The position numbers and the translations under genes were made by a program. From positions 1,364,001 to 1,428,000 of the forward strand of contig NW_026889790.1 in NCBI RefSeq assembly GCF_033153115.1: 64,000 bases of DNA, in the 5' to 3' direction. This document shows positions 36,608 through 49,800 of the stretch, in pieces (positions within the stretch are counted from its first letter, which is position 1; the number at the start of each line of letters is the position of its first letter). This stretch comes from Saccostrea echinata. Lineage: Eukaryota. Under the pieces are notes generated by a model. The model ran no database searches. It saw nothing but the letters and a program-made list of their open reading frames with translations, and was not told the DNA's origin.

Positions 36608-38820
36608 GTCTTGTGTTATTACTGAAATAAAGTCCCAATAACAAACTTGATTATGAAACTAAACATGTTTTATCATTCTGTTACATTGTAATTATGACTT
36701 TGTAACAAGAATAAAACTTACAATTTTCTTTTACTCTATCTGGTGCATAACTGTTAAGTAATTTTCAAAAATCTTTGAACCTCAAAATATTTTAACAAAG
36801 CACATGTATAAGATTTCAGGCAGGGTAAAAGGTTTTGTAAATCTTAATTCCTTTTTCCAATTATCACACAACTGATATAGATTCGAGTCTTGATATACCC
36901 CCTCCTATCTTAATGTTCCTTTTAATCACTTTAATAAATGTTTTCTCTATGTGCAAGCTTTCATCTCCAATAATAAATTCCACATACAAGAAATAGACCT
37001 TTACAATCTTTAGAGATTTTTGTCATCAAATTTCAAATTTAAAGCCATGTTGACATCCAACACAAACCATTTAAAGAGCCCAAAAAATCCATTGTCACAG
37101 AAAAACCCATAAATAATAAAACTGATAACCAAACATGTACCTGATAGCAGAGAAATATGTGTGCCTTATATTTTGTTAGTGAGATTTAATAAAACCCTAA
37201 AAAGACATCTCTAATCATTAAAAGTTGTTCAGAAAAATAGAAAATTAAATTCCAAAAAGATGATATCTTTGAGGACTGGTCAATGGTGTACTAAAAATTT
37301 TCTAACTACAATTCCCTAATTCCATTGCAAATAAATATGAAAAAAAAATTAAACAAATCATATAAAAAAAGTTTATATTTTTATACATTTAAAACATCAA
37401 ATTAAGTATAACTATGAAACTAAATTTCCTACACTTTCATCTTACCCTTAGATAAACAGTATTTCCATTCCTGATCAATTCTCTGAAGGAATGCTACAAG
37501 TCATCTTATTTCCATATTAAAGGCATCTACCAAATATAAATTATTGTATAATATAGGTTAGCAAACTATGAAGTAAAGAAATTTTCTCTTTGTGATTTTC
37601 ATGTACAGTAGAATCTATTGATAGATATATAATAGTATTCTATCATGCATTCAAATTTAAAAGTTTAAATCTCTGGTGCCATGAAATCAAGCAATGCACT
37701 GTCAATACCTTTGAACACAGACTGAACAAATCATTGGGAGATGGTCTCTTTAAATGGCACTGCCAAGATTCTATAAAGAAAGGATGAAAACCATGTTTTC
37801 CTGATCATTAGATCACATCAAAGTAATAAAAAATAAAGGAAATCATAACTATTCATGCAGGTAATAGACTCCATAAATATGTACAGGTAAAACATATATT
37901 TTGAAGGTATTGAATAAAATCTTTCCAAGGAATCTGAGTTACATAAAACTGGGGATTTAAATTTATTTTACTTGTAAAACAGTGAAAATGTTTACCTTTC
38001 TTCAAAGAAATAATTCTAAAATTCTATTTATTCATTTTACTAAAATATAAGCCCATGTGAGGCATGCCAATGATTTAATGCTGAATAGGATATAAGGTAT
38101 TTAGTAGGATAAGAAATATCCCCTCCCTATTTATAGATTTGATTTGATCTGAACTGCAAGGTTCATAATCTTAGGATAACTCCAGAAAAAGCCCAAATCA
38201 ACTAAAACAAAATGGTATTCATCAAAACTACCCACTTTCAAAGGTAGGCCCTATACCTTTACTCCTTCAGCATCATAATACAGTGAAGGGCTATCGTTAT
38301 ATTAAATAAATCCCCCCCCGCCCCCTCCTTTCAAAAGGGGAAACAAAAATTAATATCCGGTAAGTATGCCTATAGATAAAATTCTAAGAGGATTATTATA
38401 CATAGTCATCATGTCTTATTGATTGACGGCATATCCTAACACGACACTTTTGGCCTTGTTTTAAAGATGCAGTAGTTGTCAACTTTTACATAGGAGATCG
38501 TCACTGAGCTATGTCGAGTAGTCGTACCTAGAAAGAAATACATAAATGCCCTGAATGAAATTGAGCGCAACTTTTATTGAACAGTAAATTAATATATATT
38601 TATTTTTCGCCTTTTGATTTAAATAATATACGATAAAATAATGTCATTTCAAAATCTGAGTAATTACATGACTAATATTACGTACGAGTTGCTAGAATTT
38701 TTCTTATTTATAGAAACTGATCTATTTATAGAAACTGGTGTAATCCGAAAGTGAATAATCGTTCGAACAAAGCGAAAGCAAACAATTTTACTGCCAAAAG
38801 TTTTCAGTTTATCAGGAGCC

Positions 38821-41800
38821 ATGGAAGAAAACATGAATACAGAAAGCCGACAAGGTTTGTAATAAACAATCAACCACTGTTCAATGTGTGAATATATGAT
38901 GATTAAGTATGTATGACTATGCTTTTGACGTCATTTATTGTTTTCATTGGAGAAAATTCGAAACACATCCGATACCTCAGTTTAAGAGCAATAATATTTG
39001 AATTGCTATATCATCAGGAGTTTAGATAGGTCATTCTCTAAGACACAAATAATACCATTTAGAAAAAAGTAGATTATATTAAATAATTACAGTACTGTAC
39101 CTATATAGCATAGGGGCTTGTCTTCCGGATTGTTAGATGTAAAATAAATTGAAAAAAAATTTGAATCTACTTTAAGTACACTTTAAAGTTGTTAAAATAA
39201 AGATTCTGACACTTTCAGTCAAGAAAAACCACGTTTAAAAAAGAGGTACTACACCTATATACTGATTTTTCACTATATAAGAGTAAATCGATATATTTTG
39301 CTGATTTCCTGAAAATCACCGGAAAATAGACAGGGGTCCATTTTACAAAAGGACTTATGACTAAGACCAAAATTTAATACCGCTTATAACTTTCTAATTT
39401 ACATTAAATATGGTTTTAATCTTTTAAAAAGTAATGTAGAAAGATACTTTTACGCTAGCAATTTTAAACAGAATGATTGAATTTGTAACATTTCACAAAC
39501 AATTGAAGTGTTTGGTCTTAGTCGTAAGTTCTTTTGTAAAACAGACCCCTGATTCCCTGCACTAAAGGTGTGTCAGTTTGATGAACTGATACACATCTAT
39601 TTGGAACACCTAACAATTTCTTTTAATCATATGAAAAGTACTGATATGTTCCAGATAAAATCATGAATATTCAAAATGCAGCTCAGTTAAAGTTATATAT
39701 AAGAAGGCGGGGCTTAATTGAGACTGGAAAAAGTAACTTGTTAATTGTGACGTCAACATGGTAAACTGATGTCCACTGAGAGCTAGAGATCACGTAACTT
39801 TGTCACGTAAACGCAGTGTAAATTGTTATAAAATAAACAAAGTTGCTTGCAGATATATGTATTTTATAGACCATTGTTTCAAAGGCAAATACCTTTTAAT
39901 ATTAAATTTATTTAATATTTATTTTTTTCAAAACAACATTGAAGTTCTTTTTTACACTGTACAGATGTAGATGTTTCTGATGCTAAGCCTATCTCAGAGA
40001 CTGACGCTTTTGGATTTGGAAAATCCGCTTCACACAGGTGAATATTTATGTGTATCATAATGAAAAAGAAATATAATAATTATTGCAATTTTAGGGAAGA
40101 AAAGAATGCCAATTATAAAAATTTAATGTTTCACAAAATTATGAAACCACTGAAATGATGGCATTTTCTTTGAAACAGAATAAACATTTTAAGAAAATTC
40201 TTGGCTACACATAATAGATATACCGTATATACTCGCCTATAAGTCGGATTTTTGGGAGTTAAACTTTGGTCCAAAAACCCTTGTCCGACTTATAGGCGAG
40301 TTATAGAAATATTGGTATTATAGAGGGTCAACCCCTTTAATGTAAGCTTAAAAATTACAACCGACTTATAGGCGAGTATATACGGTAATGTAAAAGTGTT
40401 TTTGATAGTAGGATAATTTAGAAATTCTAGAGATTTTGTAAACATTTTCATGACACTGTAAAAACGTCTCTGTTAATGACATTTGACCTCTTTAATTAAT
40501 ATTTTTATGACTTCTTTATGTACAGTACTAAACCAGTAGCCACTACAATACAGACAGCCTCAGAGTTTTTCTCATCAAAGTACAAGATGGACTATGATAA
40601 CAGAGGCAAAGCCATTATCATCAATAACAAGAAGTTCAACCCGAACACTGGCCTGAATGACCGAAATGGAACTGACGTTGACGCCTCTGCTCTCTGCTGT
40701 AGGCTTTCCGAGCTCGACTTTGAAGTAGATCTGTTTCACAATCTCAAAGCAGATGAAATTTTATCTCAGTTAAAAAAAGGTAAAATAACTTAACAGTTCT
40801 CTCGATTTTATAATGTCAAGAAAGATAGCTACAACAACCGATACAGAATAAATTGTCAGCGATATACAATTTTAGCGATCTCAAAACACTCACTAATAAT
40901 GCCAAAATTGAATCCTCTCTAATAATTCTGCTTATACGGTATAAAAATTTATCCACCACTGTTTTTAAATACTTCCCTTTACATTGTAACAGCTGCTGCT
41001 GATGACCATAGGAACAATGACTGTTTCGCTTGTGCTATTCTGTCCCACGGGGAGGATGGTTTGATTTGGGGAATAGACAGACTGATTCCAATCAATGACC
41101 TCCTGGAGCCATTCAAGGGGAATAAATGTCTCTCTCTGGCAGGCAAACCCAAAATCTTTTTCATTCAGGTAGATACAGTTTGTTAGTTTCTTGGACTGTG
41201 TCGTAAACCATTTAATACTGTAATGATGTACCTTCTATGTATCATTTTGTGAGAGGTAAGAATACATTCAAGGAATTTCAACAATTTAACCAGTGTATAA
41301 CTCAAATTTTGAAAAATTAAAAGAAAAACAATTTATCATATGCAATGAAATACTTTTAGTTCTAAAGAATTGTTGATTGAATCAGTTTCAATTTTTTTTT
41401 ATGGTGATGTTACAGGTCTTAATTAAGATTGTTTATTACACAATATGTATAAATTTATTTTTACACAGGCTTGCCGTGGCACTAAGTTTGATGAAGGTGT
41501 GGACATGAACGTTGCTGATGCTAAAGGATTCATGGATATTGAGCCACAGTTCTCTCTCCAGAAAATCCCATCAGAGGCAGACTTTCTCTTGGCTTACTCA
41601 GTCGTCCCAGGTGAGTTAAAGTAGAACCAATATGTCTGGACAGCTTTGATTAGTTCTAGCTTGTCAATTGTATTTCAGGTATTTAACACATTTTTTATCC
41701 TGAAATATACATGATTTTTTTTCTTGAATTTCAAAATCTCAACAATATGTAGACATAAATATGAGGAGACACAAGACTTACATTTCAGGAAATGAATTAA

Positions 41801-43339
41801 TTTCAGTCAGGTGTGCTTGCTTGAGGTGTTAAAATTTTGAATGACTCAGGTAAAACTTCACAACAGTAAAATATATACATGTACATCAGACTAGGGTCTC
41901 TTGGTGTGTAGTAGAGATCCTAATATTTAAGCAGAGAATCTTAAACAAAATCTTAACCCAATAAAAACTTTTCTGTTACTCAATAAATATCACATAGAAT
42001 GCAAAGTTGAACTTGAAAAATATATGCCTTGATAATACACTTACAAATTAATCCTTGCAGCAAACTATATTACTTCTTAGGTTTGTTAATGACTGTTCAC
42101 AGAAATAGTTGGGTTGTTCAAGTCCATGGAAGGCGAGGTGAAGAACAACTCAACATATTTTTGTGGACAGTGAATTACAAACTATATATTAAGTGTTTTG
42201 TTTTGTTGAGGACCAATAACAGTTAAAAGAATTTCCAAGATTAATTACAACTAAAGGTATTTCTCATCCAGGCAAATCTCCTTAATTCATCATTTTGCTG
42301 TTCAATGATTATGTCACTGAAATGGGGCGCTACTCTAGATTAAATCACAGCATTTCCAAATCAATTTATTGGTTTTATGCACAGAATGCCAACATGATTT
42401 TTTTATGATTTGGATGACAACATTTTATCCGCCATATTGTCCTCCAAATTCTTTCTACTCCCCATCCAAAGAGACATAGATGACAGGCACATGACATCTA
42501 TTATCCAATGACAGAGTGTCATTCTAATCACACAGAAAACAAAATAGCTTCATCCTGTACTTAGTTTCAGTTGAATGAGATTTTTTTAAGGTCACCTGAG
42601 TCACTGAATGACTCATTGATATGATGGATTTGATTTGTTTATTTCTTTCATAATACAATTGAACTTTGGTACCGTATATACTCGCCTATAAGTCGGATTT
42701 TTGGGAGTTAAACTTTGGTCCAAAACTCTATGTCCGACTTATAGGCGAGTTATAAAAAGACTGGTATTTTAGAAGGTCAATCCCTCTAATTTAAGCTTCA
42801 AAAATACAACTGACTTATAGGCGGACCGACTTGTAGGCGAGTATATACGGTATCTCAAACACTGATATCTCAAATACCATGGATATGTCCAAGTTATTTG
42901 GAAGTCCCAACCACATATACTTTAAGTATTTTATGCTGGATATCTCAAATCCTCAGACCACATATTCTTTAAGTATTTTATCCTGGATATCTCAAATCCT
43001 CAGATCTCAAAGTTTTTTCTTGGTTCTATCAAGTTTGAGATAATGTGGTTTGACTGTAAATTGTCCTGAGGATTGTGTTACTAAATCAATTGTCCTTTTT
43101 CTATAGGTTACTATTCATGGAGAAACTCGTCCAATGGTTCCTGGTTTGTACAGGCTCTGTCTGAGGTTCTCATGAAATACGGCCAGACCTTAGACCTTCT
43201 GACCATGATGACCCGGGTCAATCAAATCGTCGCAAACAAATTCCAGTCCAACACGTCCCACCCTGACATGAATGAGAAGAAACAGATTCCGTGCATCACC
43301 TCCATGCTCACAAAAGAGGTTTACTTTAATAGTAAATGA
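38821..43339 (+). CDS. Effector caspase (caspase-3/7-like), 6 coding exons: 38821-38854, 39965-40037, 40526-40779, 40993-41168, 41469-41610, 43107-43339
   Basis: Motifs present: [20 protein letters not shown], catalytic [16 protein letters not shown]|[27 protein letters not shown] and [17 protein letters not shown]. The prodomain is short. Exon 1 was chosen because gccATGG...CAAG|gtttgt supplies the phase-1 junction that exon 2 requires. Confidence 0.94.
39331..39551. mobile_element. MITE with ~40-bp TIRs (Harbinger-like) in caspase intron 1
   Basis: CAGGGGTCCATTTTACAAAAGGACTTATGACTAAGACCAAA / TTTGGTCTTAGTCGTAAGTTCTTTTGTAAAACAGACCCCTG. Confidence 0.75.
40223..40385. mobile_element. TA-targeting MITE family B, copy 1
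   Basis: TIR CCGTATATACTCGCCTATAAGTCGG / CCGACTTATAGGCGAGTATATACGG with TA on both sides. Confidence 0.88.
42656..43056. mobile_element. MITE family A, copy 3, interrupted by a family B MITE and carrying a ~47-bp internal tandem duplication
   Basis: TA|CAATTGAACTTTGG...GGTTTGACTG|TA, with the insertion at 42672-42850. Confidence 0.8.
42672..42850. mobile_element. TA-targeting MITE family B, copy 2 (nested in family A)
   Basis: Same TIRs as copy 1. The TA duplication at 42670-71 and 42851-52 splits the host sequence GAACTTTGG-TA-TCTCAAAC. Confidence 0.9.
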
Positions 43340-44226
43340 GGAGGGGCACCTGCTGTTAAGTTGATGTGATACACTTTACTGCCAGGAAAAAAGAGAGTTA
43401 ACAAACAAAATGATCTATTAATGATTTTTTTTTTCTCCACTGTCATACATTGGCAACTCTAACTTTGTGTCAGTTGTTACAGATATAAAAGTTGCCATCA
43501 TAAGTGAATGCCTGAATGGGTATTTTATTTTTTGGGAGAATGTAGATTCAGTGTAAAAGTGTTGATATAAGATAGCATTCTTTGATTGTGTTTACCTGTT
43601 ATAATCAAAATGAGAAATGTTGTAATAAATAATTTTTTTTAGACTTTTAGAAAGTCATTCATTTGTATAAGAATAGTAACTTCACCATTTAATGGAATTT
43701 TGAACAATATTTTATTACATCCAAGAAATTACTAGAAGAAAAATAATAAATGAAGATGAAAATCACAATTGCTTTCATGTGGAATAGAATTTTCAGCATA
43801 GAAAGATATACTGTATGGGTTTCTTTTTTATTTTTCTATTATTTTACAGTTATATAATATCATTGAGACAATGACTACATTCAATAGAAAAATATGTGTG
43901 TGAACTTTTCATTATATAAATCAAAATTCCTGTTTGATTATATACATGTATGTCATCTGTAAATACCAGTGTACATTATCTTTTTGGACTTTGTGGTGCC
44001 TGTGAAACCCACAACATTTATCTTGCCTTCATACAATTAAAATCTTATACACCTATAAACTATTTAGTCCAACAATGTATAGTCTTTACCATTTCCTACT
44101 CTTGTGTGAAGTTTGTTATGTGGCATCATATGGTGAAAAGAAATACTGTTATATGGAAAAGTGCAAAACTGTAGACATTTTCACAGATATGTTCATATGT
44201 CCAGGGCCAGAAAAGAAAATGGTGTT

Positions 44227-44860
44227 TAAGAGACACTGATGTGTGCATGTAGTAGATTTTTCAAAAGCAGGTCAGATGTCAAGGTCATGGGGTCAAAAAA
44301 TGTTGGTACCCAAAGGAGGGTCTTGCTGCAAGGAATATATAATACAAGTGATATATGAAAGCCCTAGTACCAACCATTCAAAAATTATGGTGAAGGTTGA
44401 GTTTTACAAAAGTATGTCAGACTCCAAGGTCCATGTCAGAAATGTTGGTCCCAAAAAGATCTTGTCTCAAGGAATACACCTGTGAAATATGAAAGCCCTG
44501 GCACCAACTGTTCAAAAGTTATGGCCAAAGTTGAAGTTTACAAAAGAAAGTCAAACTCCAATGTCAAGGTCAAAAATGTTACCCAAAGAAACGTCTTATC
44601 ACCAGGATTATGCATGTGAAATTCTAAAAGCCCTAGCATCAACTGTTCAAAAGTTATGACCAAGGTTAAAATTTTACAAAAGGTCAAATGTCAAGGTCAT
44701 GAGGTCAAATATATTGTTACCCAAAGAAAGGTCTTGTCACTAGGAATACGTAAGTCCTAGCACCAACTGCTCAAAAGTTATGGCCAAGGTTAAAGTTTTT
44801 GAGGACAAACACACAGATGGACAGACCAAAAATTATCTTAGATTGTGGAGGCATACAAAT
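44227..44860 (+). mobile_element. HINE/Helentron-like element with ~4 internal tandem units
   Basis: Repeated gaaagccctrgcaccaac...aaagttatggccaaggttaaag units and ggtcaaggtcat motifs, ending in a gacaaacacacagatggacagac tract. Confidence 0.75.
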
Positions 44861-46194
44861 ATTTTTCCAAAAATCTTTTCTGCAGTATCTTTGTTTTTTA
44901 AAATTTTCCACCTTTTATGTGTGAAAATAAAAATAAAATAAAAGAGGAAACTTTACAGTGTCATATTTACCTTGTTGTATCAGTGTTAAAAAGTTTGGGT
45001 TTTTTTTCCTTAACCAGTGTTTATCTGACCGTAAGAACTTGAGAAAAGATTTTCAAGTTTTTGAAAAGCTCCTACAAGGAGGATCAACTCTACTCTATAT
45101 CTTGAGAATTGAATCAATGAGCATGACCCCACTTATTTTTTCCTTTACAATTTTAAATTGTATGAAGTTCTCACTGAAAATTACCAAAAGATTCAGATAA
45201 AATTCACTGAAGAGATTACAGCAAGGAAGAATCATTTTAAAATTGTGGATTGATATTGTGAAAAATCCGTATTTTTCTTAGACAAGACCCAAGATTTCTT
45301 AGATCATTACATTATATATTGCATGCAGTGGTTCTTTAAAACTTCAAATGACCAATTTAAATATTGTTCAAAACTATAATTTAACTACCCCATTGGTAGT
45401 AAGCCCATGAATGGATCAAGTTTTACAGATATGTACGTAAAATATTTAAGAATTATCTCCCTTTGATAGAAAATTTTTACCCTTCATTTGAGTATAGGGG
45501 TAATCCCCTTCATCCTTTTGTGCTTTTTCTCTTGTTTCTATTATTGGTCCAGTGGTACTGGGGAAGGTCAGAATGACAAATACATAAAAGATAGACAGAC
45601 CAGGTTTCTTATCAAGCTGAATCTATATTTTATGTAATACAGAAGGAATTACTAGTCTTTCACATCTGAATGAGGTCAAATGCAAGTCTGACAGCTTAAT
45701 TTAATGAAAAAGGTGGAAGATAATGAACTGTGATCAATCTTAAACTTTGTGTTTTGATAGTCAAATGAACAACAAAATATTATCCAGCAGTAATTTTTAT
45801 TTTCAACAAAACAGCTATGCATCATATACAAATTGGTTCCAAGACTGTAAGGAAAATAACCAAAATATACTCTTCTTTTTAATACATGTAATGAATAAAA
45901 CATTAAAGTACCAATGTGTATAAATGCAAAATCTCATGAAAATGAATATATCTACTGTGAAATTCCCTTTTTTTAAAGGAAAGGGGGGGGGGGATTTTTC
46001 CTTGTTTTCATGGTACATGTATAAACATACCCACAAATTCATGTCCTCTACGAAATGCTAAAACTTTAAACTAATATATCATGTTTCTTCTTCAACCATG
46101 AAATCAAGTCCCTTGAACCAATATTTTTTGCTCAAATCATGATAATTTAACATCCGAAAATTGATTTTACAGTATGTGATATGTGAGAATAATA

Positions 46195-46415
46195 TACTGT
46201 AGATTCCTTATTTTACACGAGTACTTATTATTGCGAAATGAGCCAAGGGCGTCAAATCGCGAGAATAATAATCCGCGAATGGTTGATTTATTTAGAGATT
46301 TTACATACATTAAAGCACCATAAAAATAAAAGCGAGTAATTTTATTTCGCGAGCGGTGCTTCTCGCGTAATTCCGCGATAATTTATTCCTCGCGTATATT
46401 TAGGAATCTATAGTA
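46195..46415. mobile_element. Tc1/mariner-type MITE
   Basis: TACTGTAGATTCCTTATTTTACACGAG ... CTCGCGTATATTTAGGAATCTATAGTA. Confidence 0.75.
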
Positions 46416-46886
46416 ATGTGTTCTTACGAGGGTAATTCACTCGGGAATGAACAGATCAAAGAACAAAGCACTACAGAGAGCATACCTCTCTGTAAATAAC
46501 GTACTGACCTCTCTGTAACACAGAAGGATAATGAAACTCATGACTGTCACAACAACCGGGCAAATATTCAACCCAATTAAAAAACTTTTCCCTAACAGAC
46601 TTTATTTATACTTTTTAAAAATAAGTACCTATATGTACATGTATATACATACAACATTTGTAAAAAGAAACACAAATCTGAAACAGTACTTAAATTACTT
46701 TATAATGTTGAAGCTTAATGAAACTCATGACTTCTGGTCATGACTGGGAGAAGTCACGACAACCAGATTTTCACCCAACAATGGAAAAAAATCAGCTTAA
46801 AAATGGCGACCAGAAGTAGCATATTTCAATCTGTGTCATTTAATGACATGTAGTATTGCACACTGAGATGTCATTCACTCAAACGT

Positions 46887-49800
46887 TCAGGTGATGTCCT
46901 GAATATGCTTGAAGCCTGGAGAAATGCCATAATGAAGGAAGTCTTTGGGAGTTTTACTGAGAGACATACTTTGGGGTAGTGATTCAGATGTGGAGGATAG
47001 TTGTTCCTCTTGGAGAAAATCATCTTCACCCTGGGAAATAAAAGCATCAACACATTACTACAATTGAATCGTGACAATCACCTGAGTATGATACATGCCA
47101 TAATAATCAGCTTGTTGATTGTGGGCAATACTTGGCAGAAGAAGAAGAAGCAGCAACTTGTACTCAGATTACAAAGGACATCTTAATGTTACTAATAAAA
47201 TCCTCATTTTCCTCTTTTAACAAACATCTCCCCAGTCCTTGACTTTGTCAATATGTCCTTGTATCAGATGCCTAACCTCTTTGTTAAGTGTGAGCTTTCA
47301 ATGTCATCTAGACAATCGTGTGTTAAGATGATATTTCATAAATTAAACATATTTTCATTCAATATTCATTTAGCCTAACCCACAGGATACATATATAAAT
47401 TTCATAATTTTAGCTGAGGGTTCAAAATCTTGCTTATCAGCAGTAAATGACACGCTTTGAAATAGATTAAATCTTAACATTATATTAGATAAAGTAACTT
47501 AAAACATGATTTGAATGTATTTTCCTGATGTAAGTAGATAACAGTGATTTATATTCACTTGTACTTCATTGTCTTTGAACATTTTTCCTGGAGAATTTCA
47601 GAAATATGGCAGGTAGCCTATATTAAAAATGAACTACAGCACTAAGATAAACTCAATACGTACACCTATATACATATCTACAATTTTCTCAAAGTCCAAA
47701 AAAAATTGTTATAAGTGTTAAGAGCTTCCTTAAAAGGAGAAAACTTTTCTTTTCTGAAAAGTGATTATGGGTACATGATAAAAAGTTTACAGATGATGTG
47801 CACTCAGATAAAATATAACCTGAATAACCCGTGCGACACTAAAACCAGATGTTTACAATTGTAAGAGTACTCCATCAAATTAATGGTATAGGTCAGTCAG
47901 GTACATGTACCACACAGATTTTCATCAATCTAAACACAATGCTATGGATTCTAAAGCCAATATTTCCTGAATACCAAAGGTTATGTTTCTGTTGTACAAA
48001 GAACAGTGTTTACATAATTTTGACAAAACTACTGGAATTCTTATAAGTTTTTTTAGATATATGCTGACTTACATCTGAGAGTTCTTGGTCCTCTTCTATA
48101 GAACCCTTATACTCTCTGTACAGAGGAATGATGAAGCGACCTGACCTACAATCACAGAAAATCATATATAAAATCATACACAAACTCATCTAAAAAGTAA
48201 AATTATCAAGGAGATCAGTTAAAAATAAAGGAATCTTTATCTTATATAAGATAGAAAGATAATTATATACATTAATAGAAAATCATTTCTCAATTATTTC
48301 TTGTCTTTAAACTTTGATTTTATTGTCCCCTGCTTTTGAAAGTGCAGGGAAATTTAAGCTCATTTGTCTGTCTGTCCATCCGTCTGTTTCTGTCAGTCAC
48401 AAAAACTTCAATCTTGGTCATAACTTTTGAATGAGAGAAGATAGGGCTTTCATACTTCACAAGTGCATTACCTGTAACAAGACCTTATTTTTTACCTTTT
48501 GAGTTTGACATACTTTTCAGAACTTTTAACTTTGGTGTTAACTTTTGAATGAGAGAAGACAGGGCTTTTATGTTTCACATGTGCAGTACCCATGACCAAA
48601 CTTTTCAAATATATTTTGATTTTTGACCTTATGACCTTGACCTTTGACCTATTTTGCAAAAATTTTAACATTAGTAATAATTTGAGAGAAGAAAGAATTC
48701 TCATATTTCACATGTGCATCCCCTATGAGAAGACATTTTGGAATACACTGTGATTTTGACCTCATGACCTTGCCCTTGAAGTATTACTTTCTTTTCAAAA
48801 ATTTTAACTATATTATTACATGTAAGTTTTGAAATAGAGAATTTAGGGATTTCTTGTTTCTTGTGTGTAATAACTGTGACAAAACTTTTCTGAATGTACT
48901 ATTGCTTTTGAAATAAAAGTTTGACCACATTTCAGATACTGGGGTATTTTAATATTGGTCATAGCTTTTGTACCTGAAGAGACTATGAGCTTGAAGTTTG
49001 ACCTATTTTAAAAAAAATAATTTGGTTTTAATGTTTCCACCAGAACTTATTACTTTAAAAATATAAAACTTCTGTTTAGCACAATGAACAGACAAGACAG
49101 TTAAATTATGCAAACTGGTTCATTGCATTAAGACCAATAAGACCCCAAAAGTGTGGGACCACAATTCTCTGAATTTGCTTGGTTTTTTAATAATTTTTTT
49201 TTACAAGTCAGAACTTAATTTTACAGTGCTAACAAGTTACCTATTTAAAAGATATGGGTCAAAGGGGAAATAGGAGTCCAGCTCAGTGAGGACAGACGAG
49301 GTCCCTATACCATTACTTGTCACCGGCAATATACATCGCTTGTTACGCTCAATAATCGTATCACAAAACGCCAGCTGATGCATTCTGAAATAAATGTTTT
49401 AAACTTGATCAAGTTTTTGTTAAAATGATTGAAATACACGTTTCTTCACTAACAGTGGTCTAAGCATAAAAAGTTACATATCAATACAATTATTGTAGCC
49501 ACTAAAGATGACAAATAGACTCTTATTTATCAAACAATATAAGTATATTCCTGAGTGAGAAAATAAAAATTAGGATGACCTTAATGAGATTTTGAAATAC
49601 CTTGAAATGGAGGAGAACATTTTGACAATCACTGGTAAACAAACTCTGAGAGGATTTAAACGACAGGTGACAATTCGCTGGAAATTCAGAATTTCCGCCC
49701 ACTTATGACCTGAAATTAAAATAATAAACAATCACAAATAGCAAAGAAGTTTGTTCTTTCTAAGATATCATGCTTCATTCCATCCTCATGTGATGATTCT

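Noticed and set aside
39758-39769. ATG|gtaaac as caspase first coding exon
   Set aside because: It gives phase 0, but exon 2 requires phase 1. The exon at 38821-38854 fits.
43950-46750. Short ORFs between the caspase and RRN3, and most other 60-110 aa ORFs in the track
   Set aside because: They have AT-rich composition (F/I/L/K/Y biased), overlap TEs or lie antisense to real exons, and show no recognisable domains.
47050-47320. Intronic snoRNA or alternative last exon in RRN3
   Set aside because: Scattered CTGA/TGA motifs are present, but there is no canonical C box with a terminal stem and no recognisable guide. The exon at 46887-47030 gives the RRN3-like tail. An Rfam/snoscan search would settle it.
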